Positions 37,162 to 46,266 of a stretch of 64,000 bases of DNA are shown piece after piece. This stretch comes from Phycisphaerae bacterium (GTDB taxonomy: Bacteria > Planctomycetota > Phycisphaerae > Phycisphaerales > Phycisphaeraceae): the NCBI GenBank assembly GCA_963577735.1, contig CAUZAW010000001.1, positions 9 to 64,008 of the forward strand, read 5' to 3'. How positions within the stretch are numbered: the first letter of the stretch is position 1; every line of letters starts with the position of its first letter. The translations under genes were made by a program, and so were the position numbers. The notes beneath the pieces are model-generated. The model had not been told where the DNA came from, searched no databases, and saw only the letters and a program-made list of their open reading frames with translations.

Positions 37162-37357
37162 CGGTGCTTGCAGTCTGCTTGGTTTGCTGGCAAGAGGGAT
37201 CTAAAACGGTGGGATCCAGCCTAGGCGGGCAATGAACGATTGCCGAAGTGGTAGTGGTTGGCACTGCGCTTTGTTGGTCGGCCTGTGGCGTACAGAGCGT
37301 GTAAAGAGGGCTGGAGGTGGGGCAGTGATATGTGGGTAATGGTACGAGGGAGATGAG

Positions 37358-38017
37358 ATGCCCGAGCCAATAACAATGGTTATGGTGGGGGCTGGCGGTG
37401 GCGGGCTGCTGATCGAGATTGCCCGTCGTCAGTTCCGTGTTTTCAAAGAGTTGATGAACGTCGGCGGCGCGTTGCTGGCGTTTTTGGTCTTTGCGCCGGT
37501 CATGCTGGTCTGTGTGGTGTTTATCAAGCTGGCTGACTGGCACGGCCCAGTGTTATACCGTCAGGTGCGCGTCGGTCTCGGCGGCAAGCTGTTTACCATC
37601 TACAAGTTCCGTACCATGTACGTCGATGCCGAATCCCACGGCAACGCGGTATTGGCTGGCAAGGACGATCCGCGGGTCATCCCCCTGTGCCGGTGGATGC
37701 GCCGCAGCCACATGGATGAACTACCGCAGTTGATCAACATTCTTTGTGGTCAGATGGGCTTGGTCGGACCACGGCCTGAGCGGCCTGAGATATACAACCA
37801 ATTGAGCGAATCGCTGTCCAACTTTGAGATGCGATTGACGATCAAGCCTGGATTAACTGGTTTGGCGCAAATTAGGAACGGCTATGACGTGGACATGACC
37901 TCGGTGGGCCGAAAACTGGAACTGGACCTGCAGTATATTGAGCAGATGAGCCTGGCCTTGGATTGCAAGTTGCTTTTCTCGACGCTTACAAAATTGTACG
38001 ACAGCAGTGCCCGATAA
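37358..38017 (+). CDS. Initiating sugar-phosphate transferase (bacterial sugar transferase family, EpsB/WbaP C-terminal type)
   Basis: Has GPVLYRQVRVGLGGKLFTIYKFRTM...DELPQLINILCGQMGLVGPRPERP. GGGAGA lies upstream of the ATG. Confidence 0.9.
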   Translation: MPEPITMVMVGAGGGGLLIEIARRQFRVFKELMNVGGALLAFLVFAPVMLVCVVFIKLADWHGPVLYRQVRVGLGGKLFTIYKFRTMYVDAESHGNAVLAGKDDPRVIPLCRWMRRSHMDELPQLINILCGQMGLVGPRPERPEIYNQLSESLSNFEMRLTIKPGLTGLAQIRNGYDVDMTSVGRKLELDLQYIEQMSLALDCKLLFSTLTKLYDSSAR

Positions 38018-38201
38018 TCTACCTGCGCTGATCAGACAGGGCTGAAGCTGTGACGCTCGAAGCCGCCATGGTCTGATCTGGGCATGTCCAACGGACGTGG
38101 CTCACGCAAAATCAGGTCCGCGACTGACTTTAGGAACCCTGTCGGCTAAGCCGACGTAATCCAATAACGTGCTACTCTAAGCGGCTGTCTGAAACTGGAG
38201 C

Positions 38202-38945
38202 ATGGTGATGAAGAGCTTGTGCAAGCGAGTAGCAACTGGTGTCCTTGCGGCGCTTTGTGGGTTCGCCCTGTCAGGGATGGCCGGCTGCGTGACTCGTTAC
38301 GCGGACATCGAGGATTTCGTTGTCACGCCCAAGCAGAGCCACAGCCTAAAGCCTTACGTGATCGAACCGCCCGACGTCATTCGCATTATCGCGCCCAACG
38401 CTCCGGAAATTCACAACGACCAGCAGCGCATTCGACCCGACGGCGTCATTACCCTGCATCTGATTGGCGATCAACTGGCTTCGGAAAAAACGCCCACCCA
38501 ACTGGCCATGGAGATCCAGGAAAAAATCAGCGAGTTTTACGAGGATGTCAAGGTGCAGGTGCGGGTCACACAGTACAACTCCAAGGTCTATTACATGGCC
38601 GGTGAAACACGCTCAGGGCCAGTGGCCTATACCGGCAACAACACGGTATTCGATGCTGTGATGCGATCAGGTCTACCCCCAACCTCGTGGCCAGAAAAGG
38701 CGGCGCTGATCCGACCCAATGAAGACGGCAACCTTATCCGACGCATGAGCATCGATCTTAAGGCCATGCAAGAGACCGGCGACTTTAGCCAGAACGCGGT
38801 GTTGGAGGAGGGCGACATTATATTCGTACCGATCAATCCGCTGGCTGCGGTTGGCCGAGCTTTGCAGAATCTATTGATGCCGATCAATCCAGCCATTCGC
38901 GCCGTGGCGACCCCGGCGCGGGCCGCCAATACACAGTTACCATGA
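38202..38945 (+). CDS. Polysaccharide export outer-membrane lipoprotein (Wza/OPX family, short form)
   Basis: Has the lipobox LSGMAGC, the Poly_export motif YVIEPPDVIRI, and an SLBB-like LEEGDIIFVP. Confidence 0.85.
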   Translation: MVMKSLCKRVATGVLAALCGFALSGMAGCVTRYADIEDFVVTPKQSHSLKPYVIEPPDVIRIIAPNAPEIHNDQQRIRPDGVITLHLIGDQLASEKTPTQLAMEIQEKISEFYEDVKVQVRVTQYNSKVYYMAGETRSGPVAYTGNNTVFDAVMRSGLPPTSWPEKAALIRPNEDGNLIRRMSIDLKAMQETGDFSQNAVLEEGDIIFVPINPLAAVGRALQNLLMPINPAIRAVATPARAANTQLP

Positions 38946-38991
38946 CCACATATTTTCAGCGGAATATGACCGATCTAGGGAAATAGAAGAT

Positions 38992-40629
38992 ATGGCATGG
39001 CGTAAACCTTCCAATTTTGGTGAATGGCTCAACACCCTTTTGCGGCACAAGAAGAAGTTTTTCTTTACCGCAGTACTCATCGCGATCTTGGTGGTTGTGG
39101 TCAGCCTGCGCCTGCCCCGTAAATACACTGCCTCGGCTGTGCTAGAGATGCGACACGATCTAGCCATCAGGCAGATTGGCTCCAAGACCACGGATCGGGC
39201 CATCGAACCGATCAGAAAACTGCGACGGCAAGAATTGACTAGCCGCAGTGCGATCAGGCAGGTGATCGATGATCTGGGGCTGACCGAAAACCTGCCGCAC
39301 ACGATCGACGGTGAACTGACTCCCACCGGACAGCTTGCGCTCAACGATATGATCAAGAATATATCCAGTCACATCAACGTGAAATATCTGGCCCGTTACC
39401 GCGAAATTGAGCGGGTCCGCGTGGCCTACACCGACAATGACCGCGAACTGGCCCCCAAGATGACCAACAGGCTGGTCGACAACTACATCCAAAAGGCCAG
39501 CGACACGTTTGATCAGCAGTTGATTAAAACCAAAGAGTTTTTTGAAAAGCAGGCGGCCCGCTACCGACAGAAGTTGCACGCCGCCGAATTTTCATTGATC
39601 AAGTTCGAGGGCGATTATTCAGGTCTAGACCCCCGAGACCCCAGCAGCGTGGATACCAAGTTGGTGGAATTAAACGCTCGCTTTGACCGGGCCGAGGAGC
39701 GGATCAGCATATTGCGCCAGAAGCGTAATGCCTTGCAGTCGATGGTCGATCAACAGCCCGAGATGATCGAGCGCAAGGTCGAACGGATCAATCCTGAATT
39801 AGAACACCTGCTCAGCCGCAAACAGAAACTGGAAGATGCACTGTTTGAGATTCAAAACTCTGGAGGCCAGGCGACTGAACGTCATCCGAAAGTAATCAAG
39901 ATCCACCGAAATATTACCCAACTTGAAGTACAAATTGCGTCCACTGATGCCAATGTCCCCTTCGAGGCAGAAGCCGTTCCCAATATCCAGCGGATTCAAT
40001 GGATCGCTGAGATAAAGCAAATGGGTGGCGAGTTGGGCGCCATTGAACAGCAGCATTCGATCATCTCGCGGCAGATTCAGGAGTATGAAATACGCAAGCG
40101 CAACTACGTCGAGTTGCGTAACCAATACGTGACCATGAAGCGTGACATCAACGACTTTCGCAAACAGATGAACACATGGGAAAACGAGGCTCGCAAGACG
40201 CAGACTGCTCTGGAAGCCGCCATCGGCGGGCGTTCGATCAACATGGCCGTCATCGAACGGCCTGAAGAGTACAGTCTGCCCAGCTACCCGGCCATACCCA
40301 AGGTCCTCTTGGCTGCACTGGTTCTGGGTATCGGTGGAGGGACGGTGATGATCGTGCTGGCGGAAATGACGGATCGCTCCCTCCACGGCGTGCAGCACGC
40401 TATGGATGATCTACAGTTGCCGGTACTAGGCGCCGTTAACGAGATCGTGATGCCCGGGGTCTTGTTCAGGCGCAAGATTTTCGACTGGGGTATTTACCCC
40501 GCCACGGCCGCGGCTATGATCATCGTGTTGATCGTGACCATCTATCTGGCCAGCCTGAGTTTAGCTGACCCGTTATCGTATGAACGGCTGATGCGACAGC
40601 CGGCCACCTACCTGTTTCAATCGCGCTAA
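38992..40629 (+). CDS. Polysaccharide chain-length determinant (Wzz/GumC, PCP family) without a kinase domain
   Basis: N-terminal TM (FFFTAVLIAILVVVV), a long coiled-coil periplasmic region, and a C-terminal TM pair. Confidence 0.8.
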   Translation: MAWRKPSNFGEWLNTLLRHKKKFFFTAVLIAILVVVVSLRLPRKYTASAVLEMRHDLAIRQIGSKTTDRAIEPIRKLRRQELTSRSAIRQVIDDLGLTENLPHTIDGELTPTGQLALNDMIKNISSHINVKYLARYREIERVRVAYTDNDRELAPKMTNRLVDNYIQKASDTFDQQLIKTKEFFEKQAARYRQKLHAAEFSLIKFEGDYSGLDPRDPSSVDTKLVELNARFDRAEERISILRQKRNALQSMVDQQPEMIERKVERINPELEHLLSRKQKLEDALFEIQNSGGQATERHPKVIKIHRNITQLEVQIASTDANVPFEAEAVPNIQRIQWIAEIKQMGGELGAIEQQHSIISRQIQEYEIRKRNYVELRNQYVTMKRDINDFRKQMNTWENEARKTQTALEAAIGGRSINMAVIERPEEYSLPSYPAIPKVLLAALVLGIGGGTVMIVLAEMTDRSLHGVQHAMDDLQLPVLGAVNEIVMPGVLFRRKIFDWGIYPATAAAMIIVLIVTIYLASLSLADPLSYERLMRQPATYLFQSR

Positions 40630-40650
40630 AATGGCGCGCCATGTGAAGGC

Positions 40651-41556
40651 ATGGGCTACCTGATGTATGAACAGTTTTACAATTTCGCCAGTTCGCCGTT
40701 TCACAATACGCCCAACTCGCGCTTTTTCTTTGAAACCGATCAGCACAAGGAAGCGCTGGCCAAGCTCGAGTACACGGTGCGCAACCGCCGCGGCTTTGCT
40801 TTGATAACCGGTGACATCGGCTCGGGAAAGACCACCCTTAGCCGCACGCTTATCCGTCGCCTCGGATCCGATGCTCGCGTGGCAATGATCAACAACACCC
40901 GCGTTTCCTCGCATCAGCTTCTCAAGCTCATCTGCATCGAACTGGGCATCGAGTTGCCCGTCATCTGCGACAAGGCGACATTGCTCACCCGGTTGCGTCA
41001 ATTCGTCGAGGATCAGTATTCGCTGGGACGAGCCGTCGTGGTCATCATTGATGAGGGCCAATGCCTGAGCATCGATGAGTTCGAGGAAATTCGGCTGTTG
41101 ACCAATCTGGAAAGCGAAACGGACAAGCTGGTGCAGTTGCTTATCCTCGGCCAGCCCGAATTACGGCAAACCCTCAAGCACCCGCGTCTTGCGCCGTTGA
41201 TCCAGCGTGTAGTGATGTACATGCACCTTAACCCGATGAGTTTTGACGATATGGCCCGGTACGTTGCCTTCCGCTTGGTTCGTGGGGCCAAGGGCAAGCC
41301 TAACGTCGATTTTTCCCGCGAGGCATTGCGGCAAATCTATGAGCGATCCAAAGGTTTGCCTAGGCTGGTCAACTTGGTCTGTGACAATGCCCTGCTGGTC
41401 GGTTATTCGCGAGATTCTCGCCTGATCGATTCCCAGATCGTCAGTGCGGCGATCTCGCAGATGCTGCCCAACTTTCATACGGAAACAACCGATATGTCGA
41501 CTGATGGCGTGGACACATCCACCCAGGAGAAGTTAGAGGATGGGCGACGTATTTAA
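40651..41556 (+). CDS. ExeA-like AAA ATPase (type found in PEP-CTERM/EPS loci)
   Basis: Has Walker A ITGDIGSGKTTL and Walker B VVVIIDEGQ, with ExeA/GspA-like layout. Confidence 0.75.
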   Translation: MGYLMYEQFYNFASSPFHNTPNSRFFFETDQHKEALAKLEYTVRNRRGFALITGDIGSGKTTLSRTLIRRLGSDARVAMINNTRVSSHQLLKLICIELGIELPVICDKATLLTRLRQFVEDQYSLGRAVVVIIDEGQCLSIDEFEEIRLLTNLESETDKLVQLLILGQPELRQTLKHPRLAPLIQRVVMYMHLNPMSFDDMARYVAFRLVRGAKGKPNVDFSREALRQIYERSKGLPRLVNLVCDNALLVGYSRDSRLIDSQIVSAAISQMLPNFHTETTDMSTDGVDTSTQEKLEDGRRI

Positions 41557-42487
41557 CGCGATGAATCGCGCCAAGCAGCAGGCTGATCAGCAGTCACCCG
41601 ACGCTGCCGCTGCGCCGTCGCAGGCCGATGACACGACGCCCGCGCTCGAACGCCAACAAAACATCGAGGTCGAGTTGAATGCCACCGATCAGCAGCAAGG
41701 GCAGCCGCAACACGGCGTTGCCGCCGCCGCCGAAAAGTCCAAGAGCGAGACCGAGCAAGCACGCACCGGTCAAGGAATGGATGGGCAGTCGCTTGCCAGC
41801 CTCAACAGCTATTCCAGTGAAGTGGTCACTCACCACGATCGCGGCAGCGTCATTACGGAACAGTACCGGGCCATCCGTACCCAGATCCTTGCCCGTGGCC
41901 GCAACCGGCAATTGCAGACCACCGTCATTACCAGCGCCGCGCCTGACGAGGGAAAAACGCTCACCACGATCAATTTGGGCGTCACCTTCAGTGAGCTGCG
42001 CAACAAGAAGACCCTGTTGATCGAAGGCGACCTGCGCCAGCCGACCTTTGCTCGCTTGCTCAAGCGCAACGCCGTGCCCGGGCTCTTGCAGGTGTTGCGA
42101 GGTGAAGTCGAGAATCTCGACCAGGCCATTCATCCCACCGTGTACGACAACTTGCAATTCATCGCCTCCGGTGGATGCGATGCGGTCAACAGCACCCAGT
42201 TGCTGTCCAGTCCGCAGTGGGGGCAACTTATTGATCGGCTCCGGGATCGATACGATCACATCTTCATCGACACGCCGCCCGTGCTTAATGTGACCGATTC
42301 GAGCATCCTCGGCGCGATCAGTGATCAGACCGTGCTGGTGGTCCGCTTAAACAAAACTCCCAGCGACGTTGTGGAGCGGGCCAAGCGATTGCTGCATGCT
42401 TCCAATAGCGAAGTCGCGGGTGTGGTCCTGACCCATCTGTCGCAACAGTTGCCCCAATACCTGTATTGGAACCGCTATGCGTACTAG
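41540..42487 (+). CDS. Bacterial tyrosine (BY) autokinase, CpsD/CapB-type P-loop protein
   Basis: Has Walker A SAAPDEGKT, A' LLIEGDLR and B IFIDTPP, with a Tyr-rich tail QYLYWNRYAY. Confidence 0.85.
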   Translation: MGDVFNAMNRAKQQADQQSPDAAAAPSQADDTTPALERQQNIEVELNATDQQQGQPQHGVAAAAEKSKSETEQARTGQGMDGQSLASLNSYSSEVVTHHDRGSVITEQYRAIRTQILARGRNRQLQTTVITSAAPDEGKTLTTINLGVTFSELRNKKTLLIEGDLRQPTFARLLKRNAVPGLLQVLRGEVENLDQAIHPTVYDNLQFIASGGCDAVNSTQLLSSPQWGQLIDRLRDRYDHIFIDTPPVLNVTDSSILGAISDQTVLVVRLNKTPSDVVERAKRLLHASNSEVAGVVLTHLSQQLPQYLYWNRYAY

Positions 42488-42525
42488 GTTGTCCGCTGGT
42501 GGCTAGCCCACGACTTGGCGACGCC

Positions 42526-43794
42526 ATGGCCGAGAATTCTCGCAAACTCCGTATCTTGATGCTGACGCATCGTCTGCCCTACCCGCCTGATCGCGGCGAC
42601 CGTATTCGTAGTTATCACATGTTGCGTCTGCTAAGTAGTCAATTCGACTTGGCCATCGCTTGTACCAGTGATGAACCCGTCTGGCTTCAGCATCATCAAT
42701 TGCTGTCAACGATGTCGCGGCGCGTGGCAATCCAGCCGATCTCTAATCGTTGGAGCACGCTCAAAAGTGCGTGTGCCATGTTGGTCGGCAAGACCGCCAC
42801 CTCCGCTAGCTACTATCGCGCTGGCTTGGCCGACCAGATTTGTCAGTGGCATGAACAGCAGCCTTTTGATGCCGTACTGACTTATTGTACGGGCATGATC
42901 AAATATGCCCGCCTGATCTTGCGGCCGCATAAAGGAGCCCCGCGGCCTCGCCACATTATTGATCTGGTCGATGTTGACAGCGTCAAGTGGCGTAGTTACG
43001 CCCGCGACGCTTGGGTGCCCCTCCGCTGGGTCTACGCCGCCGAGGCAAGGCGACTGCGACAGGTCGAAGCCGGCCGGTTCGATCAGTTCGACGCCGTTGT
43101 GGTCTCCACTGCCGCCGAAGCACAGATCTATCGCGAGCATGTCAGCGACCGCGACAACCTCACCGTCGTGGCCAACGGCGTGGACATGGAATATTTCAAT
43201 CCCCTGCCCGACGCCGGCAACAAAACTATTGTCTTCGTCGGCGTACTCAATTACCGGCCCAACGTCGACGGCATTACCTGGTTCGTTGACAAGGTGCTGC
43301 CGCAGTTGCGCAAACAGGATCCTGAGATCAAATTGCTCATCGTCGGTCGCCACCCTAGCCTGCGGGTACGGGAATTGGACGATCACCCCGGCGTCAACGT
43401 TGTCGGTTCAGTCGCCGATGTGCGCCATTACCTGGCCGAATCGTCGGCAGTGATCGCGCCATTGCGGATTGCCGGCGGCGTACAGAACAAGGTGTTGGAA
43501 GCCATGGCCAGTGCTCGCGCCGTCGTCTGTTCGCCGGGAGCCGCTAGCGGAATCGACGCGACAGCCGACGAGCAACTGCTGATCGCCGATTCGCCCCAGC
43601 AATGGGCCGATCATCTGGTGAAGCTTTTAGGAGATGCCCAGTTCCGCACTCGGTTGGCTCGCAATGCCCGCCAGTGCGTCGAACAGCGTTACAATTGGAA
43701 AAAGTGCTTGGAACCAATGGTGGCCTTGCTCAATGGCCATCGGGGACCAGATCCAACTAATGTTGCGCTGCCTGGCGGCGCACTGGCATCGTAG
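42526..43794 (+). CDS. Glycosyltransferase family 4 (stp1-like sugar transferase of EPS loci)
   Basis: Has MAENSRKLRILMLTHRLPYPPDRGDRIRSYHML... and a C-terminal GGVQNKVLEAMASARAVV. ATG 42526 is preferred over the track start. Confidence 0.8.
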   Translation: MAENSRKLRILMLTHRLPYPPDRGDRIRSYHMLRLLSSQFDLAIACTSDEPVWLQHHQLLSTMSRRVAIQPISNRWSTLKSACAMLVGKTATSASYYRAGLADQICQWHEQQPFDAVLTYCTGMIKYARLILRPHKGAPRPRHIIDLVDVDSVKWRSYARDAWVPLRWVYAAEARRLRQVEAGRFDQFDAVVVSTAAEAQIYREHVSDRDNLTVVANGVDMEYFNPLPDAGNKTIVFVGVLNYRPNVDGITWFVDKVLPQLRKQDPEIKLLIVGRHPSLRVRELDDHPGVNVVGSVADVRHYLAESSAVIAPLRIAGGVQNKVLEAMASARAVVCSPGAASGIDATADEQLLIADSPQQWADHLVKLLGDAQFRTRLARNARQCVEQRYNWKKCLEPMVALLNGHRGPDPTNVALPGGALAS

Positions 43795-43836
43795 CGAAAT
43801 GCGGGAGGCCACGTTATCGGGACATGGTGGCTTTGC

Positions 43837-44817
43837 TTGGATTGGTCGAAAAAGAACAAACGATCGCTGGTGACAGATCAAAAGTTTATTGGGAAGGATC
43901 AGGTGGGTACAAATACAACAACCGCAGGCCAGAATGCTGGCGCCCCCGTCTGCGAGTCGACCGATCGCGGCCTTATGGCGTGGCGCTTACTCGTGGATGC
44001 GGTTCGATTCCGCGACTTGCTGCTTGCCCTGACATACCGTGACATCCGCGTCAAATACAAGCAGGCATTTCTCGGCATATTCTGGGTTTTTTTCATGCCC
44101 TTCGTGGCCATCGCCTCAGGCATCGTGTTTCGTCTGGCGATCTGGTTTTTCAAGTCGCAAGCCGGCATCAGCGAATCGTTCGGTATGGGCCAGATCGTGC
44201 CCGTCATGGTCAAGTCCGTGCCCTGGCTGCTGTTTGCCGGCATCGTTGGCGGCTCTTCCACAAGCCTCATTAACAGCATGGGTCTTATCACCAAGATCTA
44301 CTTTCCCAGACAAGTCGTGCCCTTTTCCACCATCCTCTCATCAATGTTTGATTTTATCATCAGCCTTTCCGGCATGTGCCTTGTCCTTGTCCTTGTGTTG
44401 ACGACGAAGATTGTTCCCGGCGGAGCCGATGCGGTCAACATTACTACGCATTACCTGTGGTTGCCGGTGTTACTGTTGATCCTGGTAACGCTGGCGACCG
44501 GGCTGGGCTTATTTTTCAGTTGTGCCAACCTTTTTATGCGCGATGTACGTTACCTCGTACAGATGTGCCTCAACTATGGCGTGTTCTTTTCCCTGGTGTT
44601 TCTACATTACGAGGACTTTCAAGGTTGGGGATGGATCTTTTTTATCAATCCCGTGGCGCCGATTCTCGAATCAATCCGCACCATTGTCACCCAGGGGCGG
44701 ATCGCGCCGGACATTTTGCCTTGGTTGGCCTATAGCACGGCAGTGGCCGTGATTGTCATGATATTTGCCAGCCGGTTTTTCAATCGCTCGGAAGCGTTGT
44801 TTGCCGAAGTTGTGTGA
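43837..44817 (+). CDS. ABC-2 type polysaccharide exporter permease (Wzm/KpsM/TagG family)
   Basis: Has LTYRDIRVKYKQAFLGIFWVFFMP and six hydrophobic segments. Alternative start ATG 43975. Confidence 0.85.
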   Translation: MDWSKKNKRSLVTDQKFIGKDQVGTNTTTAGQNAGAPVCESTDRGLMAWRLLVDAVRFRDLLLALTYRDIRVKYKQAFLGIFWVFFMPFVAIASGIVFRLAIWFFKSQAGISESFGMGQIVPVMVKSVPWLLFAGIVGGSSTSLINSMGLITKIYFPRQVVPFSTILSSMFDFIISLSGMCLVLVLVLTTKIVPGGADAVNITTHYLWLPVLLLILVTLATGLGLFFSCANLFMRDVRYLVQMCLNYGVFFSLVFLHYEDFQGWGWIFFINPVAPILESIRTIVTQGRIAPDILPWLAYSTAVAVIVMIFASRFFNRSEALFAEVV

Positions 44818-44853
44818 TTAAGCCGTTCTTTAGGGTTCATTAGCCGGGTGCGT

Positions 44854-46086
44854 ATGAACGATGTGGCGATACATGTCGAGCACGTCTGGAAGAAATTCCG
44901 CAAGGGTCAACTCAATGACCGCATGCGCGATTTTTTCCCGCTGATGCGCCAACTGATGTTCGGCCCAGGCAAGTCTGATGCGGATCTGGGTGACCGTGAA
45001 TTTTGGGCGCTGCGTGACGTGTCATTTTCCGTCAAGCGGGGCCAGTCGCTGGGGGTCGTCGGGCCCAATGGCGCGGGCAAGAGCACCATGCTGAAGATGC
45101 TGGCACGTATCCTGCGGCCCAACCGCGGGACTTTTGACGTTCGCGGCCGGGTGTCATCGCTGATCGAAGTCGGCGCCGGCTTTCATCACGAACTGACCGG
45201 CCGGGAAAATATTTACCTGTCCGGCACTATCTTGGGCATGAGCCGCAAGGAAATCTGCGCTCGTGAGCGGGCCATTATCGAGTTTTCAGAAATTGAGGAA
45301 TTTATGGAAACGCCGGTGAAGCGTTACTCCTCGGGAATGAAAGCCCGATTGGGCTTTTCTATCGCTGCCCATCTCGAGCCTGATGTGCTGCTGGTTGATG
45401 AGGTCCTCAGCGTCGGCGACGTGCGTTTCCGACAAAAGTGCTTGCGTCATATGGAGTTGCTGAGCCAATCAAACGTGACCATCATCTTTATCTCTCACAT
45501 GCTTGACCAGGTGCGTAGGCTTTGTCCCAACACCGTGGTGCTCGATCAGGGCAAGGCCATCTACAATGGCCCAACAGAAGAGGCGACCCGAGTGTACCTG
45601 GACGTGTTCAATCAGGCGCCAAGTCACAGTGTAGACGCCGACGATCGCAACAGGAAGGTCGAGTTACGCGACATCAATTTTCGAAACATCGCTGGTGATG
45701 AAGTGGGAAAATGGATTGTCCGTCAGCCGGGCATGATCGATTGTAGGCTGGTCATCAAGAAACGCATTGAGAAGCCCGCTGTGGTTATTAAGATTTTCGA
45801 TATCCGTGGCATGTATCTGGACACCATTGGTAGCGCTAGCGGGGGATTGATCATTCCACCTGAACCGGGTCAGTACCGCGTGCGTTTCACGCTCGAGCCC
45901 ATGCCCTTGACGGACGGCGATTACGCATTCCATTTCTACGTTTATGATAGGTCGCTACAGGTGCCGTGCATCTGGGAGTTGCGTCAACCGCGAATGCTCT
46001 CGGTACGCGGAGGTAATATCGGCAGTTCGGTCGTGGATTGCAGTGGACGATGGGAACTGATCGGGTTAGATGACTCAAGTGTGTAA
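44854..46086 (+). CDS. ABC polysaccharide exporter ATP-binding protein with a C-terminal Wzt_C-like domain
   Basis: Has Walker A GPNGAGKST, signature YSSGMKARL and Walker B LLVDE, plus a ~160-aa extra beta-rich C-terminal domain. Confidence 0.85.
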   Translation: MNDVAIHVEHVWKKFRKGQLNDRMRDFFPLMRQLMFGPGKSDADLGDREFWALRDVSFSVKRGQSLGVVGPNGAGKSTMLKMLARILRPNRGTFDVRGRVSSLIEVGAGFHHELTGRENIYLSGTILGMSRKEICARERAIIEFSEIEEFMETPVKRYSSGMKARLGFSIAAHLEPDVLLVDEVLSVGDVRFRQKCLRHMELLSQSNVTIIFISHMLDQVRRLCPNTVVLDQGKAIYNGPTEEATRVYLDVFNQAPSHSVDADDRNRKVELRDINFRNIAGDEVGKWIVRQPGMIDCRLVIKKRIEKPAVVIKIFDIRGMYLDTIGSASGGLIIPPEPGQYRVRFTLEPMPLTDGDYAFHFYVYDRSLQVPCIWELRQPRMLSVRGGNIGSSVVDCSGRWELIGLDDSSV

Positions 46087-46266
46087 TGGCAATCAAAGAT
46101 ATGCTGGGGACAACTTGCAACGTACTGCGGGGCCGATTAGAAAGCACGCTCTGCTATAGTGGGCTATAGACAATACGGCCTTTGCGCCTGCCCGAGTTTC
46201 TGGATATTGGTGCGCTCCGGTGTGCCGCCATCTGGAGGTACTAAAATCTGAGTTGTTGGCCTTGAG

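Noticed and set aside
37114-37256. Two copies of GTGGTAGTG (37114-37122, 37248-37256) as ops/JUMPStart-like antitermination elements (ops core GGCGGTAG)
   Set aside because: The match to the ops consensus is only partial: GGTAG plus 1-2 flanking bases, and the downstream TG is not in register. Some 9-mer repeating within about 450 bp is not improbable by chance. Recorded only as a pointer for anyone mapping the leader.
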